NCBI GenBank assembly: GCA_964525455.1
Contig: CAZGHP010000011.1
Span: forward strand, 336-24,335
Source of the DNA: an uncultured Candidatus Saccharibacteria bacterium
GTDB taxonomy: Bacteria; Patescibacteriota; SICC01
DNA: 24,000 nt
Reading direction: 5' to 3'
The notes below the pieces were generated by a model that was not told where the DNA came from, did no database searches, and saw only the letters and a list, made by a program, of their open reading frames with translations. Below are positions 18,293 through 24,000 of this stretch, piece after piece. The first letter of the stretch is position 1. Each line of letters begins with the position of its first letter. The translations under genes were made by a program, and so were the position numbers.

Positions 18293-18321
18293 AAAATACC
18301 ATAATCATGGTACTTTTTCAA
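18293..18321 (-). promoter_or_regulatory. Sigma-70-type promoter with a palindromic candidate operator upstream of the GltS-like gene
   Basis: On the minus strand: TTGAAA - 17 nt - TATTTT. Inverted repeat TACCAT-GATT-ATGGTA (18297-18312) lies in the spacer. Confidence 0.6.
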
Positions 18322-18403
18322 GCCCCCAGGGATATGCTTCGATGGATAGGGGAATCGACGGCGGGAGCGAGGATCCGCTAAAAGGGTGCCGGGCTGGGCG
18401 GCG

Positions 18404-19072
18404 TCACCGCGGCCGGGCGCAGTGCACCGCGAAGTTCCGGAGCAGGCGCAGGCCGTCCGGACCGGACTTTTCCGGATGGAACTGCACGCCGAACACGTTG
18501 CCGTCCTGTACGGCACTTACGAACAGCGATCCGGTCTCGCCAAGCACATGACGCGGATCCGCCGGCCGGGCCGCGAAACTATGCATATGATAAAAGCAGG
18601 AATGCTCCGGCAACCCCTCGGCCAGCGGTGACGACTGCACGAACTCGACCGGGGCCCAGCCGACGTTCGGTAACCGCGGCAACTCCAGCCGCGTGACATC
18701 GCCAGGAATCCAGCCAAGTCCCTCGGTCGGCTCTCCGGCGACCCGTCCCCGCTCGGTCGACGAATCGAACAACAATTGTTCGCCCAGGCAGATGCCGAGC
18801 ACCGGGCGGCCACTGTCGCGGAACGCCTCGAGCGGTTCGATCATTCCCGACTGCTGCAAGCGTTCCATCGCCTGCGAAAACGTCCCTACGCCGGGGAGCA
18901 CCACGCCGTCGGCGTCCGTCAGAGCCGCCGGGGTATCGGCCCGCACCACCTCCGCGCCGACCGCCCTTAGCGCTTTCTCCACGGAGTAACGATTGCTGAT
19001 GCCGATATCTACCACGGCCACGCACGGCGGGCCATCGGCAGCCCGTTCCGCGGCGGGCGGTCTCCGGGTCAT
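18404..19072 (-). CDS. HisH-like class I glutamine amidotransferase
   Basis: VVLPGVGTFSQAMERL, nucleophile LGICLGEQLLF, PNVGWAPVEF, FYHMHSFAA, NVFGVQFHPEKSGPDGLRLLRNF. Confidence 0.85.
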   Translation of the reverse strand: MTRRPPAAERAADGPPCVAVVDIGISNRYSVEKALRAVGAEVVRADTPAALTDADGVVLPGVGTFSQAMERLQQSGMIEPLEAFRDSGRPVLGICLGEQLLFDSSTERGRVAGEPTEGLGWIPGDVTRLELPRLPNVGWAPVEFVQSSPLAEGLPEHSCFYHMHSFAARPADPRHVLGETGSLFVSAVQDGNVFGVQFHPEKSGPDGLRLLRNFAVHCARPR

Positions 19073-20004
19073 TCCTTCACGCTGATGACGACCTTGCCGG
19101 TCGGGTGGCCTTCCTGCAGATAGGTCAGGGCCTCGCCGGCTTGCTCCAGCGGGAAGGTCTTGTCCACATGGACCGTGACCGCCCCCCGCTCGACGAGCCC
19201 GGCCAGCTTCGTCAGCCGTTCGGCGGTGGCCCGCGCTTGCACGGGGATCACCTCGACGTCGTAGTCTTCGGATCCTTCGAGCGGACCGTAGAGGACCATC
19301 GAGGCGAGCTTTCCTCCGGGGCGCAGCACCCTCAACGAGTCGCGCAGCGTCTGGCCCCCGACCGTATCGAAGACGGCGTCATAATCACGGACCTTGTCCG
19401 TGAACGACTCGTTGCGGTAGTCGATCGTCTCGTCCGCTCCGAGCCGCTTGGCGAATGCCGCATCGGCCGCACCGACGGTAGTGGCGACGTATGCGCCGAC
19501 GGATTTGGCGATTTGGATCGCGACCGAACCGATACCGCCCGCACCGCCGTGGATCAGCACTTTCTGGCCGGCGGACAAAGCGAGGTGTTCCGTAATCACC
19601 TGGTATGCACTCGCGCCGACGAGGGGCAGGGCGCCCGCCTCGGTAAACGAGATGTCCTTGGGCTTGGGCGCCAACTGGTCGGCCGAGACCGCGGTATATT
19701 CCGCGAACGAACCGGCGCCGCTGACCGCATCGGCCGCACCGTAGACCGCGTCACCGACCGCGACGCCTGACACACTCTTGCCGATCGCCGTGACCACACC
19801 GGCGACGTCCCCGCCGAGCGTGGCGGGAAACTGCAGTGGGATCGCTTCCTGCATCTGGCCGGAGCGGACCTTGCAATCGAACGGGTTCACGCCGGCCGCA
19901 TGCACCTCCACCACCACGCGGCCTTCGCCGGCCACGGGCTTTTCCGCTTCATTCAGGACATGGACCTCGGCGCCACCGTAACCGGTGATTTGTGATGCTT
20001 TCAT
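19069..20004 (-). CDS. NADP-dependent MDR family oxidoreductase (quinone oxidoreductase-like)
   Basis: EVHAAGVNPFDCKVRSG, FPATLGGDVAGVV, LIHGGAGGIGSVAIQIAKSVGAYV. AAGGAG SD before ATG 20004. Confidence 0.95.
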   Translation of the reverse strand: MKASQITGYGGAEVHVLNEAEKPVAGEGRVVVEVHAAGVNPFDCKVRSGQMQEAIPLQFPATLGGDVAGVVTAIGKSVSGVAVGDAVYGAADAVSGAGSFAEYTAVSADQLAPKPKDISFTEAGALPLVGASAYQVITEHLALSAGQKVLIHGGAGGIGSVAIQIAKSVGAYVATTVGAADAAFAKRLGADETIDYRNESFTDKVRDYDAVFDTVGGQTLRDSLRVLRPGGKLASMVLYGPLEGSEDYDVEVIPVQARATAERLTKLAGLVERGAVTVHVDKTFPLEQAGEALTYLQEGHPTGKVVISVKE

Positions 20005-20099
20005 CGTCTCCTTCTCGAGGTCATGCTACATCAGATGCCGGGTGTGCCCGCGCGCATGAACGCTCCCGCCCCAAACCCACCAGGCTCTGGTTTCTCTTT

Positions 20100-20152
20100 C
20101 TTACTCCATGAATGCGCGTTTATGCTGATGAGTCCGAAAGGACGAAAGTGAG
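20100..20152 (+). ncRNA. Type III hammerhead self-cleaving ribozyme
   Basis: CUUACU|C^CAUGAAU-GCGC-GUUUAUG|CUGAUGA|GUCC-GAAA-GGAC|GAA|AGUGAG. All catalytic core positions are present, stems I, II and III all pair, and the cleavage triplet is CUC (predicted cut after C20106). Confidence 0.9.
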
Positions 20153-20190
20153 CTTGGGATAAAGACGATTTTAGCGGCGACGCTTCCATG

Positions 20191-20216
20191 ACAAAAAGAG
20201 GCCGTATAAGCCTCTT
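20191..20216 (-). terminator. Intrinsic-terminator-like hairpin reading on the minus strand
   Basis: Minus strand AAGAGGC-TTATACG-GCCTCTTTTTG: perfect 7-bp stem running into a T tract. Confidence 0.55.
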
Positions 20217-20266
20217 GCGAAACGTCCATGCCGGGCTCCCCAAAGCGTACTATGTTCGAACCGAAA

Positions 20267-20294
20267 TTGGCGATCCTTTGCAGGTTTCTATATA
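20267..20294 (+). promoter_or_regulatory. Candidate promoter for the YdeI-like / DUF2200 genes
   Basis: TTGGCG - 16 nt - TATATA, in an AT-rich stretch upstream of ATG 20317 (AAGG SD at 20305-20308). Confidence 0.4.
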
Positions 20295-20316
20295 AAAAAC
20301 ATGTAAGGTATGTCCT

Positions 20317-20628
20317 ATGGCTACAAAAGAAATTTCTGGCGGCACGGTACACAAACTGCCAGCCGATCTACGCAAGGCGTTGATTGCTGATCCAAAGGTG
20401 CTCGCTCTATGGGAAGACATTACTCCGCTCGCGCGTAATGAGTTTATCTGCTGGGTTGAGAATGCCAAACAGATTGAAACCAGGAATCGTCGCATCAAAA
20501 GAACGTGCGAAGAACTTCTCGAAGGAAAACGCCGGCCCTGCTGTTGGATTGGTTGCATCCACCGCACGGACAAGCCGCTAAGCCCCTCGGTGCGACGGGT
20601 GCTCGGTAAACAAGCTAAAAAGTCATAG
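20317..20628 (+). CDS. YdeI/OmpD-associated-like protein
   Basis: KLPADLRKALIADPKVLALWEDITPLARNEFICWVENAKQIETRNRRIKRTCEELLEGKRRPCCWIGC. Confidence 0.82.
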   Translation: MATKEISGGTVHKLPADLRKALIADPKVLALWEDITPLARNEFICWVENAKQIETRNRRIKRTCEELLEGKRRPCCWIGCIHRTDKPLSPSVRRVLGKQAKKS

Positions 20629-20643
20629 AAGCAAAAGGGTGTC

Positions 20644-21012
20644 ATGGCAAAACATCGGATCTACACAACGAGTGTCGCAAGGGTCTATCCATACTATGTT
20701 GCTAAGGCAGAGAAAAAGAGTCGCACAAAAACGGAAGTCGACGAAATTATTCGTTGGCTGACAGGATATAACCAGAAAGAGCTGGAAGCACAACTAGAAG
20801 AACAGACTGACTTTGAGACTTTCTTTGCAAAAGCTCCTCAGCTGAATCCGTCGCGAGCTTTGATTACAGGCGTAGTTTGCGGTGTCCGAGTGGAAGATAT
20901 CGAAGAACCGACCATGCAGGAAATTCGCTACCTGGATAAACTGATCGATGAGTTAGCGAAGGGTAAGACGATGGAGAAGATTTTGCGGAAGGAACCTAGA
21001 GGTGGAGCTTAG
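20644..21012 (+). CDS. DUF2200-like protein
   Basis: [48 protein letters not shown]...[21 protein letters not shown]. Confidence 0.85.
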   Translation: MAKHRIYTTSVARVYPYYVAKAEKKSRTKTEVDEIIRWLTGYNQKELEAQLEEQTDFETFFAKAPQLNPSRALITGVVCGVRVEDIEEPTMQEIRYLDKLIDELAKGKTMEKILRKEPRGGA

Positions 21013-21093
21013 TCCAGCTTCAGTAACGAAAATATAACGTTGCCCCAACGGTTAGCAACGTCATTGCAGCTGCTAACCCGTTGCTTCCCTAGA

Positions 21094-21282
21094 CTAAGAT
21101 TTGTCGTTTAGGTACTTACCGGCAACACTGAGGGCAAACGAGGGCAGGATAACAAAAACAGTGGCAAACAGGAGCTTTGAAAGTATGTCATCATCCTTCG
21201 GCTGCGTCAGAACAACTAAAATTCCCAAAACGCCAAATACAACTGAAGCGTAGGTGAATATTCGCGTCGCTATCTTTTGCAT
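21094..21282 (-). CDS. Small membrane protein (hypothetical)
   Basis: 62 aa with two hydrophobic segments: MQKIATRIFTYASVVFGVLGILVVL...LLFATVFVILPSFALSVAGKYL. Confidence 0.6.
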   Translation of the reverse strand: MQKIATRIFTYASVVFGVLGILVVLTQPKDDDILSKLLFATVFVILPSFALSVAGKYLNDKS

Positions 21283-21322
21283 GATTGAACCTCTCTAGAC
21301 ATTAGTTGAAAGTACTTACTCT

Positions 21323-21397
21323 TGGCTCCGGAGGTCGGATTCGAACCGACGACCTTCGCGTTAACAGCGCGCTGCTCTACCGCTGAGCTACTCCGGA
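21323..21397 (-). tRNA. tRNA-Asn (anticodon GTT), CCA encoded
   Basis: TCCGGAG TA GCTC AGCGGTA GAGC A GCGCG CTGTTAA CGCGA AGGTC GTCGG TTCGAAT CCGAC CTCCGGA G CCA on the minus strand. Cloverleaf assembled by hand. Confidence 0.97.
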
Positions 21398-21419
21398 AAG
21401 TGCATGAGGCACTCTTAAA

Positions 21420-21427
21420 AGTATAAT
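21420..21427. promoter_or_regulatory. Overlapping divergent -10 elements (AGTATAAT)
   Basis: + strand TATAAT (21422-21427), 6 nt before GTG 21434. Minus strand TATACT (21425-21420), upstream of tRNA-Asn. Confidence 0.5.
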
Positions 21428-21433
21428 GGCCAT

Positions 21434-22375
21434 GTGCAGGAAACACACACCGGCCAAGACCACCACCGGCCGTCCGGGGCCGCCCGGAAGCAGCCCGGCC
21501 TGAAGCGCCAGTACTTCGTGGTAGCGCTGGTGGCGATCGGCATCTCGCTCCTGCTCTCGCCGCCGCGGCAGCCGGTGCACCGGACGGAGACCGCCCAGGC
21601 GCTAGCCGGTCTCCCGGAAGTCCGGTCGCAGGAAGCGCTGACGATCCGGATCGCCCAGACCCTCGGCGAAGGACACATCGGCATCGCCGCCAAGGACCTC
21701 CGGACCGGCGAAACGTTCGCGCTCGGCGCGGACGAGACGTTCGACGCCGCTTCCACCATGAAGCTCGTGATCGTGGGGTTCATGTACCACGAGGCCTCGA
21801 ACAACCGCTTCGACCTCGACGAAGTCCTCACGCTGTCGCCGGGCGAGATCCAGCCGTACGGCACCGGCACGATCCATCTGCAGCCGGCGCCGCACCGTTA
21901 CAGCTGGCGGGAGCTCGCGCGGCTGACGATGGAGAAGTCGGACAACACGGCCGCCTATGTGCTGGCTGCCCGGCTCGACAAGGCCAAGCTCCAGCGGTTC
22001 GCGGACGAGCAGGGACTGGCCGGCACTTCGATCGAAAGAAACGTCACGACCCCGCGTGACATGCTGCACTACCTGGAGCGGCTCTACGCCGGGCGGGTCG
22101 CCGACGAAGTCCTGACGGAAGAGCTCCTCGGTATCCTCGATGACAGCGACTTCGAGGAGCGCATCCCCGGACAGCTCCCCGAAGAGACGACCGTGTATCA
22201 CAAGACCGGCGACGCCTTCAACGGCGGCCAGCACGACGCCGGCATCGTCGTCTACGAAGGCCATCCGTACGTCGTGGCGATCTTCACCGAGCGCGTCACC
22301 GGCGACATCGGCCTCACCCGCACCAAGATCGCCGAGGCTTCGCGCGACATCTTCGCGTACTACTTGAACCGGTAG
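21434..22375 (+). CDS. Class-A-beta-lactamase-like serine hydrolase, membrane-anchored
   Basis: N-terminal TM (YFVVALVAIGISLLLS), SxxK as STMK, SDN in EKSDNTAAYVLA, KTG in VYHKTGDAF. Confidence 0.88.
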   Translation: MQETHTGQDHHRPSGAARKQPGLKRQYFVVALVAIGISLLLSPPRQPVHRTETAQALAGLPEVRSQEALTIRIAQTLGEGHIGIAAKDLRTGETFALGADETFDAASTMKLVIVGFMYHEASNNRFDLDEVLTLSPGEIQPYGTGTIHLQPAPHRYSWRELARLTMEKSDNTAAYVLAARLDKAKLQRFADEQGLAGTSIERNVTTPRDMLHYLERLYAGRVADEVLTEELLGILDDSDFEERIPGQLPEETTVYHKTGDAFNGGQHDAGIVVYEGHPYVVAIFTERVTGDIGLTRTKIAEASRDIFAYYLNR

Positions 22376-22389
22376 GTCATACCCCGTGG

Positions 22390-23427
22390 TTATCCGCCGA
22401 GCTGCCGTTCATAGAACGCCCCGATTCCCCGTGCGAACCGGCTCCAGTCCGCGCCCTCGAAGATGTGTGGCGCGTCCGGGTAGGTGATGAATTCGGTCGA
22501 TCGGCCGAGCCGCTCGAGTTCCGCTGCCAAGTCCGCCGACCACTGATAGGGAACCTGGGTATCGGCGGTGCCGTGGTGGATCTGCACCGGTGCACGGAAG
22601 TCACCCAGATACGGCAACGCGGACAACCGGCGGTAGACATCCGGGACCTCCTCGAGCGACCCGAAGCGGGCGTCGAACGGCGCCTTGTACGACGGGTTCC
22701 AGACTTCGGTGACCCGGCGGTAGTTCTCGGACTCGTCGGCGTTCATCGCACCGTAGAGCACCACCGCCCGGTACCAGTCAGGCCGCGCCGCGACGGCCTT
22801 GAGCGTGACGTCGCCGCCCATCGAATGTCCCCAGATGCCGATCCGATCCGCAGCGACCGCCGGGTCCCCCCGGAGCGAGGCGGTGAGGTTCAGGACGTCG
22901 AAGTAGTAGGCGTTCCGGGTCAGGTACACGTCGGGGTATCGGCTGGAGCCGGCATGGTTACGGTAGTCCGGCGCGACGGTGAGGAATCCGCGATCAGCCA
23001 GGTAGTCGAGCTCCCGCTTGGTGCCGTCGCCCGGCTCATACCCCGGTACCGGATAGTACCCGTGGTTCAGGATGACTGCCGGAAACGGCCCGTCTCCCGC
23101 GGGAACGTTCATCAGGCCGGTGATCCGAAGTCCGTCGCTCGGGTAACTGATCGCGTAGGTGGTATAGGCGCCGGTCTCCGCGAGCTTCCGCTCCCGGACG
23201 ATCCCGCCGCCGGGAAAGTCACGGCTCCGCGCGCGCTCGATGAAGAAATCCTCCGGCGGATCCAAGACCAGCGGTTCCGCGGGCGACGGCGCGGGGCTCG
23301 GTGCCACCGCCGGCGCCGGCGTACCCACCGGTCCGTTCTCCGGGGCGGCCAGGAAGACCCGCCAAGTCACGGCCGCCAGCAGGGCGGCGGCGGACAAGAC
23401 GAAGAAAATGACTCTTTTCCGAGACAT
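22390..23427 (-). CDS. Secreted or anchored alpha/beta hydrolase (dienelactone hydrolase / S9-like)
   Basis: GIWGHSMGGDVTLKAVA nucleophile elbow, IHHGTADTQVPYQWS, YPDAPHIFEG, N-terminal TM (VIFFVLSAAALLAAV). Confidence 0.9.
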   Translation of the reverse strand: MSRKRVIFFVLSAAALLAAVTWRVFLAAPENGPVGTPAPAVAPSPAPSPAEPLVLDPPEDFFIERARSRDFPGGGIVRERKLAETGAYTTYAISYPSDGLRITGLMNVPAGDGPFPAVILNHGYYPVPGYEPGDGTKRELDYLADRGFLTVAPDYRNHAGSSRYPDVYLTRNAYYFDVLNLTASLRGDPAVAADRIGIWGHSMGGDVTLKAVAARPDWYRAVVLYGAMNADESENYRRVTEVWNPSYKAPFDARFGSLEEVPDVYRRLSALPYLGDFRAPVQIHHGTADTQVPYQWSADLAAELERLGRSTEFITYPDAPHIFEGADWSRFARGIGAFYERQLGG

Positions 23428-23451
23428 GGTCGGGTTGGACGGCGGCAACAC

Positions 23452-24000
23452 CTAGCTCAGGTATTCCCGGAGTTTCTTGGCTTCCTGCTTCTTCTTGAGC
23501 TTGGCGAGCGCCTTCGCCTCGATCTGCCGGATCCGTTCGCGCGTCACGCCGAATTCCGAACCGACTTCCTCGAGCGTGTGGGTCTTGCCGGAATCTACTC
23601 CGAACCGCATCCTGATGATCTTCTGTTCGCGCGGCGTAAGCTCGGCGAGCACGCGGCGGATGCTCTCCTTCATCAGCTGGGTCGCCGCCAAATCCTGGGG
23701 ACTCTCGGTTTCATCATCAAGGATGAAGTCGCCGAGCCGGGAATCCTCCTCCTCGCCGACCGGCGCTTCGAGAGAAACCGTCTCCTGCGAGATCTTCAGG
23801 ATATGCTGGACCTTCTCGACCTCGATCTCCATCTCCGCAGCGATCTCCTCGGGCAGCGGTTCGCGCCCAAGGTCCTGCACCAGCCGCCGCTGGGTGCGCA
23901 CCAGCTTGTTGATGGTCTCGACCATGTGGACCGGGATCCGGATCGTCCGGGCCTGGTCCGCGATCGCACGGGTGATCGCCTGGCGGATCCACCAGGTCGC
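23452..24000 (-). CDS. rpoD: Primary RNA polymerase sigma factor (RpoD/SigA), C-terminal part; 5' end outside the window
   Basis: [32 protein letters not shown] (regions 2.4/3) and [33 protein letters not shown] (region 4.2). Confidence 0.96.
   Translation of the reverse strand, partial: ATWWIRQAITRAIADQARTIRIPVHMVETINKLVRTQRRLVQDLGREPLPEEIAAEMEIEVEKVQHILKISQETVSLEAPVGEEEDSRLGDFILDDETESPQDLAATQLMKESIRRVLAELTPREQKIIRMRFGVDSGKTHTLEEVGSEFGVTRERIRQIEAKALAKLKKKQEAKKLREYLS

Noticed and set aside
20031-20243. 70-aa minus-strand ORF across the ribozyme
   Set aside because: No SD or family resemblance, and the RNA motif explains the sequence constraint better.
20250-20645. 131-aa minus-strand ORF opposite the YdeI-like gene
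   Set aside because: The + strand frame matches a known family and has an SD and promoter; the minus frame is antisense.
21008-21098. Possible integron attC site in the AT-rich segment
   Set aside because: The arms read GTTAGCA...TGCTAAC, the wrong orientation and sequence for RYYYAAC...GTTRRRY. There is no integrase, and only 15 nt separate the two small genes.
1-24000. CRISPR arrays, toxin-antitoxin or restriction/defence modules, transposases
   Set aside because: I saw no regularly spaced direct repeats, transposase/integrase motifs or recognisable defence proteins in the window.

Overview
This is a high-GC bacterial chromosomal window with dense, mostly minus-strand operons. It contains a partial leucyl aminopeptidase, an alkyltransferase-like protein, a complete SUF Fe-S cluster operon (sufC-sufB-NUDIX-sufD-sufS-sufU-DUF1858-ferredoxin), a DUF4234 + SmpA-like protein and an Fe/Mn superoxide dismutase. 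It continues with a DUF1761 protein, a PduO-type cobalamin adenosyltransferase, 2-oxoacid:ferredoxin oxidoreductase (alpha and beta), an ABC-2 transporter pair, a flavodoxin and a GltS-like symporter. The right part holds a HisH-like amidotransferase, an MDR oxidoreductase, a short AT-rich segment with small proteins, tRNA-Asn(GTT), a class-A-beta-lactamase-like serine hydrolase, an alpha/beta hydrolase and the C-terminal part of a primary sigma factor. Two non-coding elements stand out. (1) An apparently complete type III hammerhead ribozyme lies on the + strand at 20100-20152, with every core nucleotide and three paired stems, at the edge of the AT-rich segment ending at tRNA-Asn. (2) An apparent ribosome-mediated transcription attenuator lies at 13128-13252: a leaderless start, a 21-aa leader peptide with five consecutive Leu codons, a candidate antiterminator and an intrinsic terminator. 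It sits upstream of a small ORF and the ABC transporter genes. All assignments come from reading motifs by eye; no database search or folding program was run.
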